From NCBI GenBank assembly GCA_937916195.1, contig CALFTO010000008.1, forward strand, positions 4,906 through 68,905: DNA of 64,000 bases, given 5' to 3'. Each line of letters starts with the position of its first letter. The first letter of the stretch is position 1. Position numbers and translations under genes: made by a program. The notes under the pieces are model-generated. The model was not told where the DNA came from. It saw nothing but the letters and a program-made list of their open reading frames with translations, and did not search any database. Of the stretch, positions 56,783 through 64,000 are shown piece by piece. Source of the DNA: an uncultured Clostridia bacterium (lineage in GTDB: Bacteria; Bacillota; Clostridia; Oscillospirales; Acutalibacteraceae).

Positions 56783-57741
56783 AAGCCTTTGTTGTAAAAT
56801 TCATTTTTAAACCACACGTCGTCAACTTCAAATTCCTTGTGGTTTAAGTATTCAAGAATTCCTGCATCGGTAGTAAAATCAAATACAAGCTTATATGAGT
56901 ACAAGAATTGCTTTTTATAACCGTATTTCTTGTTTTGAGCGTTTGTGCCATATTTTCCATCACCCAAAAGGGGATGACCGATAGAGGCAAAATGTGCTCT
57001 TATTTGGTGTGTTCTGCCTGTAAGCAATTCAACTTCAACAAGGCTCAGTTCACCATCACTATCAAGTACATTATATTTTGTGCGTATTTCTTTTGCATCA
57101 GCAAATTTTTTCTTTGAAACAGTAACCTTGTTTTTGTTTTCGTCTTTTACAAGATATCCTTCAAGAAGTCCGCTTTTTTTCTTTATATCGCCGTGAACTA
57201 TGCAAAGATAAAACTTGTGCAGTTCGCGGTCTTTCATTTTTTGATTAAGAATACGAAGTGTTTCAGCATTTTTGGCAGCAATTACAATTCCGCCTGTGTT
57301 GCGGTCAATACGGTTTACAAGCGACGGTACAAATGAGTTTTCGTCGTCGGGCTTGTATTCGTCTTTTTCATAAAGATAACGCTTAATTCTGCCAATCAGC
57401 GTGTCAATATACTCGTGGTCGTCAGGGTGAGAGAGAACACCAACCTTTTTATCACAAAGAATAATATTCTCATCTTCATATATAATGTTGAGATTTTTTG
57501 AAGCCTTGAGAAAATCATACTTTTCAGGTGCTTTCTCAAAAAACTCATCATTTATATACATATCAACAATATCACCCAAACTGAGCCTTGTTGAAATTTC
57601 TGCACGCTTGCCGTTAACCTTGATTCTCTTTATGCGTATGTATTTGTACATAAGAGTTTTAGGCAGTAGGGGAACAGTTTTATTTATGAACTTGTCAAGA
57701 CGTTGATCGGCATCATTTTTATTTATTGTAAAGCTTTTCAT
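56779..57741 (-). CDS. RluA/RluD-family pseudouridine synthase with N-terminal S4 domain
   Basis: VNRIDRNTGGIVIAAKN (catalytic Asp), GRTHQIRAHFASIGHPLLGDGKYG. ATGA overlap with the downstream kinase gene. Confidence 0.88.
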   Translation of the reverse strand: MKSFTINKNDADQRLDKFINKTVPLLPKTLMYKYIRIKRIKVNGKRAEISTRLSLGDIVDMYINDEFFEKAPEKYDFLKASKNLNIIYEDENIILCDKKVGVLSHPDDHEYIDTLIGRIKRYLYEKDEYKPDDENSFVPSLVNRIDRNTGGIVIAAKNAETLRILNQKMKDRELHKFYLCIVHGDIKKKSGLLEGYLVKDENKNKVTVSKKKFADAKEIRTKYNVLDSDGELSLVEVELLTGRTHQIRAHFASIGHPLLGDGKYGTNAQNKKYGYKKQFLYSYKLVFDFTTDAGILEYLNHKEFEVDDVWFKNEFYNKGL

Positions 57742-57843
57742 TTTAGCACCTCAAATTTCTATAAATAAATATATCATATCTTATTATTCTTTTCAACTTG
57801 AAACTTCCAATATTTTAGTATAGAATATTAAAAGGTGATAATT

Positions 57844-58368
57844 ATGGAAATCAATAGAATTCATTACAAGGTGTTAAGTGAACCGCAAAAAATCTATTTG
57901 GATATGCCAACTGTCAAAATTCGTGAAAAATTAAATGTTGCTTTCAAAAGTCCTACGGCAGAAGAGGATATGACAGGAATTTTCGGCAAATTTTCAAAGC
58001 TTGAAAAACTTTATAAGGTGAAATATATTCATTCGCGAAATAATCAGTTGCAACCGCAGACGTTTGACAGATATTATTATTTACTTGATATTGGTGAAGA
58101 TGAAAAGGGTGCATATATTGAATATGCAATGGTTTATGACAAGCTTTATGACCCGCTTATAAGAATAGTTTATGTTATTGCCGTGTGTGCGGTGCTTGCT
58201 TATCTTTATTATTTATATTCGCAAAAAGCAATGCAATCTTTTTCAGCAATCACTCTTGGCGTGATTGTAACGGCATCTGTAGCTCTTGTGTTCAAAAAAT
58301 CAAAGGAAAATAAAGAAGAATGCAAAAAAGCTGAAGAATTATTGAAAAAACTTATTATAGAACTGTAA
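57844..58368 (+). CDS. hypothetical membrane protein (two C-terminal TM segments)
   Basis: ORF with AAAGGTG RBS and TM IVYVIAVCAVLAYLYYLY / AITLGVIVTASVALVF. No family recognised. Confidence 0.55.
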   Translation: MEINRIHYKVLSEPQKIYLDMPTVKIREKLNVAFKSPTAEEDMTGIFGKFSKLEKLYKVKYIHSRNNQLQPQTFDRYYYLLDIGEDEKGAYIEYAMVYDKLYDPLIRIVYVIAVCAVLAYLYYLYSQKAMQSFSAITLGVIVTASVALVFKKSKENKEECKKAEELLKKLIIEL

Positions 58369-58446
58369 TTTGGGTTGACAAATTCATTTATATATTGTAT
58401 CATACTACCGTATTAACGCTTTACTATGTTAAAAGGAGCTATAATT

Positions 58447-59241
58447 ATGAAAATGAAAAAAATTCTTGCTGTCGTAATGGCAGTGCTTATGATGACCCTC
58501 TGCTTTGCAGGTTGTGGCGGAAATGAAGCTAAAATCGTTGTTGCTGAAGCAGGCTCAGCAGGTGAAACTGTTATGAATGCTGACGCATATTTTACCGACT
58601 ATGAGAAAATTCCTGTAGACTCACAGGCAAAGACACTTGTTGAGGTAAAATCTGGAACTGCCGATGCGGCTGTTATTGACTATGTAATGACAATCGGTTC
58701 AATCGGTGAGGGCACTGATTACGCTGACCTTAAGGTTGTTGAAGATGTTTCTTTCAATCCTGAGCAGTATGGTGTTGCTTTCAGAAAAGGCTCAGATGCT
58801 GTTTATTATGTAAATCAGGCAATGACAGACCTTAAAGCTGACGGCACACTTAATACTATTGCAACTAAATATAAGCTTCAGGATTTACTTGTTGTTGAAG
58901 ACAAATTTGAAAAACCTGAGGTTGCAGAGTCAGATTGGGAGTATATTAAGAATAAAGGTGAAATGATTATTGGCATCACTCTTTTTGCCCCAATGAACTA
59001 TGAAGTTGATGGCAAGCTTACAGGTTTTGAAACAGAGTTTGCTGAGGCTGTTTGTGCAAAACTTGGTGTTAAAGCTAAATTCCAAGTAATTGATTGGAAC
59101 TCAAAAGAAACCGAGCTTGCAAGTAAGAATATTGATTGTATCTGGAACGGTATGACAATTACTGAAGAAAGAGCAGAAAATATGGCAATTACTATTCCTT
59201 ATATGGAAAATAAGCAGGTTGTAGTTGTTAAAGCTGACTAG
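58447..59241 (+). CDS. amino-acid ABC transporter substrate-binding lipoprotein, apparently circularly permuted
   Basis: Lipobox LCFAGCGG. Family-3 SBP signature GFETEFAEAVCAKL lies at residues 193-206 of 264 instead of near the N-terminus. The C-lobe/KY-end segment (SGTADAAVIDY...EQYGVAFRKGSD...LKADGTLNTIATKY) comes first. Confidence 0.8.
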   Translation: MKMKKILAVVMAVLMMTLCFAGCGGNEAKIVVAEAGSAGETVMNADAYFTDYEKIPVDSQAKTLVEVKSGTADAAVIDYVMTIGSIGEGTDYADLKVVEDVSFNPEQYGVAFRKGSDAVYYVNQAMTDLKADGTLNTIATKYKLQDLLVVEDKFEKPEVAESDWEYIKNKGEMIIGITLFAPMNYEVDGKLTGFETEFAEAVCAKLGVKAKFQVIDWNSKETELASKNIDCIWNGMTITEERAENMAITIPYMENKQVVVVKAD

Positions 59242-59258
59242 TTTTAGGAGTTTATTTG

Positions 59259-59903
59259 ATGTCTTTTGTTGAAATAAGTTTTGATTTACTTCAAAGCTTT
59301 GCTGAAAATTGTGAGCTATTTGTGTTCACACTGTTATTTTCTTTGCCGTTGGGTTTGATTATTTCAATAGGCTCAATGTCAAAGATCAAAATTATAAAGT
59401 ACATAACAAAAGCATTTGTCTGGGTCATCAGAGGTACGCCTCTGATGCTCCAGCTTTTTGTGGTCTTTTATATTCCGGGACTTGTATTTGGAGTGCCAAT
59501 GAAATCCCGTATGTCTGCTGCTTTGATTGCTTTTGTTATAAATTATGCCGCCTATTTTTCAGAAATTTACAGAGGCGGAATTGAGTCTATTCCCAAAGGG
59601 CAGTATGAAGCAGGTCAAGTACTTGGAATGACAAAATCACAGATATTCTTCAAAGTTGTTTTGATGCAAGTTGTAAAAAGAATTATTGCTCCTATGAGTA
59701 ATGAAATTATAACGCTTGTGAAAGATACTTCGCTTGCGCGTGTAATTGCAATTTCAGAAATTCTGATGACTGCAACGGAATATACTGCAGAAGGTCTAAT
59801 CTGGCCGTTGTTCTATACCGGACTTTATTTCCTTGCATTCTGTGGCGGACTTACATTATTGTTTAATTTTATTGAAAAGAAATTTGATTATTATCGGAGT
59901 TAA
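59259..59903 (+). CDS. amino-acid ABC transporter permease (His/Glu/Gln/Arg/opine family)
   Basis: VIRGTPLMLQLF...YFSEIYRGGIESIPKGQYEAGQVLGM EAA loop. AGGAG RBS before ATG 59259. Confidence 0.9.
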   Translation: MSFVEISFDLLQSFAENCELFVFTLLFSLPLGLIISIGSMSKIKIIKYITKAFVWVIRGTPLMLQLFVVFYIPGLVFGVPMKSRMSAALIAFVINYAAYFSEIYRGGIESIPKGQYEAGQVLGMTKSQIFFKVVLMQVVKRIIAPMSNEIITLVKDTSLARVIAISEILMTATEYTAEGLIWPLFYTGLYFLAFCGGLTLLFNFIEKKFDYYRS

Positions 59904-59908
59904 AAATT

Positions 59909-60682
59909 ATGTCTATATTACAAGTAGAAAATATTAAAAAAAGCTTCGGTAATAACGAAGTTTTAAAGGACATCAGCTTTTCACTTGAGAAAGGCGAGGT
60001 GTTGTCAATTATTGGCTCATCTGGTAGTGGTAAGACTACACTTTTGCGATGCCTTAACTTCCTTGAAACTGCTGAATTCGGTAAAATCTATGTTGATGGT
60101 GAAATGCTTGTAGATTTTGAGACGGATTTGAATGAAAAAGATGCACAGCTTCGCAGAAAAAGACTTAATTTTGGATTGGTGTTTCAATCCTTTAATCTGT
60201 TTCCACAGTACAGCATTTTAAAAAATCTTACTTTGGCTGTTCAGCTTCTTGAAAATGTTAAGAAAAAAGATAAAGAAAAGATTAAAGATATTGACGACCG
60301 CGCAATAGAATTACTCAAAAGGGTAGGGCTTGAAGATAAGGTCAACGCTTATCCCTGTGAGCTTTCAGGAGGTCAGCAACAGCGTGTTGCAATTGCACGT
60401 GCATTAATGCTTTCGCCGAAAATCCTTTGCTTTGATGAGCCTACAAGCGCCCTTGACCCCGAGCTTACCGGCGAAGTGCTTCGAGTAATCCGCGAGCTTC
60501 GTGACGGTAATACTACAATGATTATTGTTACACACGAAATGAATTTTGCAAAGAATGTTTCTGACAAAGTTATTTTTATGGCAGACGGCATTATCGAAGA
60601 AATGGGCACACCCGCAGAACTTTTTGAAAATCCACAAAGTCAAAGACTTAAAGATTTCTTAAGTTCTTCATTAAAAGATTAG
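59909..60682 (+). CDS. amino-acid ABC transporter ATP-binding protein
   Basis: GSSGSGKTT, LSGGQQQRVAIARAL, ILCFDEPTSALD, VTHEM. Confidence 0.93.
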   Translation: MSILQVENIKKSFGNNEVLKDISFSLEKGEVLSIIGSSGSGKTTLLRCLNFLETAEFGKIYVDGEMLVDFETDLNEKDAQLRRKRLNFGLVFQSFNLFPQYSILKNLTLAVQLLENVKKKDKEKIKDIDDRAIELLKRVGLEDKVNAYPCELSGGQQQRVAIARALMLSPKILCFDEPTSALDPELTGEVLRVIRELRDGNTTMIIVTHEMNFAKNVSDKVIFMADGIIEEMGTPAELFENPQSQRLKDFLSSSLKD

Positions 60683-60685
60683 ATT

Positions 60686-60716
60686 AAATCCTCTGTTTAT
60701 GCAGAGGATTTTTCTT
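60686..60716 (+). terminator. rho-independent terminator after the ABC operon
   Basis: AAATCCTCTG-loop-CAGAGGATTT, then TTTC. Confidence 0.75.
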
Positions 60717-60759
60717 GTATTAAGCATTAATTTATGGTATTATGTATTTGGTGATAATT

Positions 60760-61482
60760 ATGAAAAAAATAGTTTCTTTATTTTTAACATTATTAATGTT
60801 ATTATCTTTGTTTTCAATTTCAGTTTTTGCTGAATCTAAGGCAAAGCTTTCACTCACAAGTGAAACTGTTTATGCGGGTGCAGAGTTTAAGCTTAACCTT
60901 TTTATAAGTGATAACTCAAAAATGAGTGGCGCGGTAATTGATATTAATTACGATAAGAATTTGCTTGAATTTGTGTCGGCAGAGCAGGGTGCAATCCTTG
61001 ATAAATCGGCTAATGTAAGCATAAAAAATATTGATGGTGACAAGGCAAAAGTTAGATTTACATATCTCGCACCCAATTCTTCCGTTACGTCAGAGGGTGT
61101 AATTATGTCAATTACATTTAAAGCACTCGCCAATTCAACGGGCAATACTGATTTAACCATCACAATTCCGAATGCCGCAGATTTTGTAACTCAGGATTTA
61201 GAAAATATTTCCTATGAAGTAAGTAATTCTGTTGTGAAAATAATAAATAAAACATATGAAGAACAGAGTGAAGATGAAAGTTCTTCAACAACAGAAGATG
61301 CATCACAATCAACCTCTGAAGATACTCAATCAACCACAGAGCAAGAGAATGTTAACGGTGATAAAACTCAAAAAGATGATAAAAGTGATAACACATTAAT
61401 TATTGTTTTACTTGTAGTTGGTTTATTATTTATAACTGTTGGTGTTGTAATGCTTGTTCAGAGTAAAAAGAAAAAGGAATAA
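60760..61482 (+). CDS. cohesin-domain protein with Ser/Thr/Glu linker and C-terminal TM anchor
   Basis: Signal peptide. Cohesin-like beta-sandwich pattern KLSLTSETVYAGAEFKLNLFISDNSKMSGAVIDINYDKNLLEFVS...VRFTYLA...GVIMSITFKA. C-terminal LIIVLLVVGLLFITVGVVMLV + QSKKKKE. Confidence 0.7.
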   Translation: MKKIVSLFLTLLMLLSLFSISVFAESKAKLSLTSETVYAGAEFKLNLFISDNSKMSGAVIDINYDKNLLEFVSAEQGAILDKSANVSIKNIDGDKAKVRFTYLAPNSSVTSEGVIMSITFKALANSTGNTDLTITIPNAADFVTQDLENISYEVSNSVVKIINKTYEEQSEDESSSTTEDASQSTSEDTQSTTEQENVNGDKTQKDDKSDNTLIIVLLVVGLLFITVGVVMLVQSKKKKE

Positions 61483-61616
61483 TTTTGTTTTTACCGCATA
61501 TTATTTAGCGGTGATGCAAGTGAAAAGGTACATAACAGAAAATGAAAAATTAGATATTTTAGTTCATTTAATTGTGAACGGATATCTTACAAAAAATCAA
61601 ATAAAAGCAATAATAA

Positions 61617-61642
61617 AGCGAGGTAATTAATTTTACCTCGCT
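61617..61642. terminator. bidirectional hairpin upstream of 61649 (3' of the rubredoxin-fusion gene)
   Basis: AGCGAGGTAA-TTAATT-TTACCTCGCT perfect 10-bp stem. Confidence 0.7.
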
Positions 61643-61648
61643 AAACTT

Positions 61649-62260
61649 TTATTCAATTGGCTCGAAATCTTCTGCACCGTGCTTGCACAGTGGACAAATA
61701 AAATCGGATGGTAATTCTTCACCCTCATAAACATAACCACAGATTTTACAAACATAACCCTTTTTCTTTTTAGGTGCTTCAGGCTTTGGTTTTATATTAT
61801 CAAAATAATACTGGTATGTTGCTGACGGCACATCTGATAAAGTTTCAGCTTCAGTTACATCGGCGATAAATAAAATATGAGTGCCGCAATCAATTGAATC
61901 AGTAACGGTACAAGAAATATAAGCATTTGTGCCTTCGCAAATGAAATATGTTCCGTTTTCTGTTCTGTAATGGTCGTTATATCCTGAGAATTTGTCGGTA
62001 TCACGACCGCTTGCAAAGCCAAATCTTTTAATTAAATCAAATGTTGCTTCAGTAGAAAGAACAGATAATGTGAATTTTTTTGTATTTTCAATCATTTCAC
62101 AGGTATAATTACTTTTGTTAACTGCAATTGTAAGTTTTTTAGGATTATCTGTAATCTGACAAGCTGTATTTATTATGCAGGCATTGTCTTTTTCGTTTTC
62201 GCGAGCACTTAATATATACAAACCATAACTCAGTTTAAACATAGCTTCATTTTTTATCAT
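61649..62260 (-). CDS. flavin reductase-like domain fused to rubredoxin (high-molecular-weight rubredoxin type)
   Basis: N-terminal FMN-binding split-barrel pattern (YGLYILSA...NACIINT). C-terminal rubredoxin YVCKICGYVY...FICPLCKHGAEDFE. Confidence 0.85.
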   Translation of the reverse strand: MIKNEAMFKLSYGLYILSARENEKDNACIINTACQITDNPKKLTIAVNKSNYTCEMIENTKKFTLSVLSTEATFDLIKRFGFASGRDTDKFSGYNDHYRTENGTYFICEGTNAYISCTVTDSIDCGTHILFIADVTEAETLSDVPSATYQYYFDNIKPKPEAPKKKKGYVCKICGYVYEGEELPSDFICPLCKHGAEDFEPIE

Positions 62261-62452
62261 AAAACCAACTCCTATTGTTTATTTTACTATATTATACCAC
62301 AAATAATCGCATATGTATATGTTATTTTTTTAACATTCTGTAAATTCATTTTTACATTGACAAAATACTACAATTATGGTATCTTTTTTGTATATTATTT
62401 GTATATTGAGTATATTTATTTCCCTCAGTGTGCAAAAAAAGGAGTTGTAAAA

Positions 62453-64000
62453 ATGAAAAGAAAATTCAGCGTTAAAGCTTTGGCTGTAATGGCAGTTGCC
62501 ATAGTTCTTGTTATGGCTATGTCAGTAGTTGCTTTTGCTGAAGGTGATGCGGCAGAGGCGGAGTATGTAAGCAGATTTTACTCAACAATCTTCTCACTTC
62601 TTCCTCCCGTAATTGCTATTGCATTGGCACTTATTACAAAAGAAGTTTATTCTTCATTGTTTGTTGGTATTGTTGTGGGTGGTGCTTTATATGCGGTTGG
62701 CCCCAATGGCTTCAGCTTTGAAACAATGTTCAATACCATTATGACCGACGGCTTTATCGGTAAGCTTGCAGACACTTGGAATATGGGTATTATCATTTTC
62801 CTTGTTGTTCTTGGTGTAATTGTTGTTCTTATGAATAAGGCAGGCGGTAGCCGTGCTTATGGTGAATGGGCAAAGAAAAAAATCAAGTCAAGAAAAGGTG
62901 CAATGCTGGCTACCTTTGGTCTTGGTGCTTTGATTTTCGTTGACGACTATTTCAACTGCCTTACAGTTGGTAGCGTTATGCGTCCTGTAACAGATACACA
63001 CCAGATTTCTCGTGCTAAGCTTTCATATATTATCGACGCAACTGCAGCACCTGTCTGCATTATTGCTCCCATTTCATCTTGGGCAGCAGCGGTTAGTGGT
63101 GTTGTTGAGGGTACAGATGGTCTTGAGCTCTTTATTAAGACAATTCCCTTTAACCTTTATGCATTGTTAACAATCGTAATGGTTGTTATGATTTCAGCGC
63201 TTAACATTGACTTTGGTCCTATGAGAAAGCATGAAAAGAACGCTGAAAATGGCGACCTTTTCACAACAGATTCGAGACCTTATGCTAATGTTGTTGAAGA
63301 ACCTGTTACAACACGAGGCAAGGTTATTGACCTTATTCTTCCTGTTGTAATTCTTATTGCTTTCTGTATTTTAGGTATGGTTTACACAGGTGGCTTGTTC
63401 TCAGGCGAGAACTTTATTGACGCTTTTGCTAATTGTGACGCAGCTTACGGCCTGGCACTTGGCTCAATTGCAGCTCTTATTGTTGTAATTGCATACTTTA
63501 TGATTAGAAAAGTTCTTTCATTTAAGGATTGTATGGAAGCTATCCCTGATGGTTTTAAGGCAATGGTTCCCGCAATTCTTATTCTTACTTTTGCTTGGAC
63601 ACTTAGTGCGATGACAAATAACCTTGGTGCTGACGTATTTGTAGAAGGTCTTGTTGATGCAACAGCAGGTAAGCTTACATACTTCTTGCCCGCAATCCTC
63701 TTCCTTGTTGGTATGGGACTTGCATTTGCAACAGGTACTTCATGGGGTACATTCGGTATTCTTATTCCTATTATTGTTCCTCTTTTCGCAGCTACAGATA
63801 CAATGCTTGTTGTTTGTATTGCAGCTTGTCTTGCAGGTGCAGTTTGCGGTGACCACTGCTCACCAATTTCAGATACAACTATTATGGCATCAACAGGTGG
63901 TCAGTGCGACCATGTTAACCACGTTTCAACGCAGTTGCCTTATGCAATGACCGTTGCAGGTGTATCTTTTGCAGGCTACTTACTCGCAGGCTTTGTACCC
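62453..64000 (+). CDS. NhaC-family Na+/H+ antiporter (3' end outside window)
   Basis: Not in the ORF track because no stop falls within the window. ATG 62453 follows AAAGGAG and the frame is open for 516 codons to nt 64000. Motifs ...LLPPVIAIALALITKEV...FVDDYFNCLTVGSVMRPVTD...IDATAAPVCIIAPISSW. Confidence 0.85.
   Translation, partial: MKRKFSVKALAVMAVAIVLVMAMSVVAFAEGDAAEAEYVSRFYSTIFSLLPPVIAIALALITKEVYSSLFVGIVVGGALYAVGPNGFSFETMFNTIMTDGFIGKLADTWNMGIIIFLVVLGVIVVLMNKAGGSRAYGEWAKKKIKSRKGAMLATFGLGALIFVDDYFNCLTVGSVMRPVTDTHQISRAKLSYIIDATAAPVCIIAPISSWAAAVSGVVEGTDGLELFIKTIPFNLYALLTIVMVVMISALNIDFGPMRKHEKNAENGDLFTTDSRPYANVVEEPVTTRGKVIDLILPVVILIAFCILGMVYTGGLFSGENFIDAFANCDAAYGLALGSIAALIVVIAYFMIRKVLSFKDCMEAIPDGFKAMVPAILILTFAWTLSAMTNNLGADVFVEGLVDATAGKLTYFLPAILFLVGMGLAFATGTSWGTFGILIPIIVPLFAATDTMLVVCIAACLAGAVCGDHCSPISDTTIMASTGGQCDHVNHVSTQLPYAMTVAGVSFAGYLLAGFVP

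Noticed and set aside
61514-61630. 38-codon ORF (MQVKRYITENEKLDILVHLIVNGYLTKNQIKAIIKRGN) between the cohesin gene and the rubredoxin-fusion gene.
   Set aside because: It has no Shine-Dalgarno sequence upstream and no recognisable motif, and its end is formed by the bidirectional terminator stem. It cannot be supported without conservation data.
63651-63950. 99-aa track ORF on the plus strand.
   Set aside because: It is out of frame with, and wholly inside, the long open NhaC-family frame (62453 to the window end). Its translation is Leu/Gln-rich low complexity.
1-64000. Search for mobile elements, prophage or defence islands (integrase, transposase, restriction, toxin-antitoxin, CRISPR-Cas).
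   Set aside because: No product in any frame shows integrase, transposase, Cas or toxin motifs that I could recognise. No long direct or inverted terminal repeats were noticed. RecD2 and the DEDDh exonuclease look like stand-alone housekeeping genes.

Overview
This is a 64-kb chromosomal segment from a low-GC, spore-forming Firmicute. Gene content (spoIVB, ypeB, a SpoIID-domain protein, a cohesin module, a bile-salt hydrolase) suggests Clostridia, probably a gut Ruminococcaceae/Oscillospiraceae-like organism; that placement is inference only. Most of the window is housekeeping: thrC (partial), tig-clpP-clpX, an envelope trio (sugar transferase, LCP-like, transglutaminase-like), folE-folP-folB-folK, serC-serA, lon-engB-lysA-dnaE-pfkA-aroK, spoIVB, nifS-thiI-cinA(C), galE, lemA-TPM, RNase P RNA, recD2, a TPP riboswitch with thiT, an amino-acid ABC transporter, a flavin reductase-rubredoxin fusion and a partial NhaC antiporter. 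I found no rRNA, tRNA, CRISPR array, transposase or integrase. The most unusual region is 26.5-35.2 kb. A tightly packed five-gene operon plus one adjacent gene encode six anchored surface proteins built from a few shuffled modules. These are an Ig-like module used four times, two TlpA/ResA-like CxxC thioredoxin modules, PPC-like beta-sandwiches, and a recurring module (DGYYH...GP...CYY) that I cannot assign to a known family. The last protein ends in an IPNTG sorting signal, and two tandem class-B-type sortases lie 7.6 kb downstream. Other notable items are an apparently circularly permuted ABC substrate-binding lipoprotein (58.4-59.2 kb), a SpoIID-domain fusion protein with a degenerate CinA-N-like cytoplasmic domain, an orphan ypeB, a membrane-anchored cohesin, and a 53-codon DUF1540-type gene missing from the ORF track. 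All family assignments come from reading motifs by eye and need HMM or structure searches to confirm.
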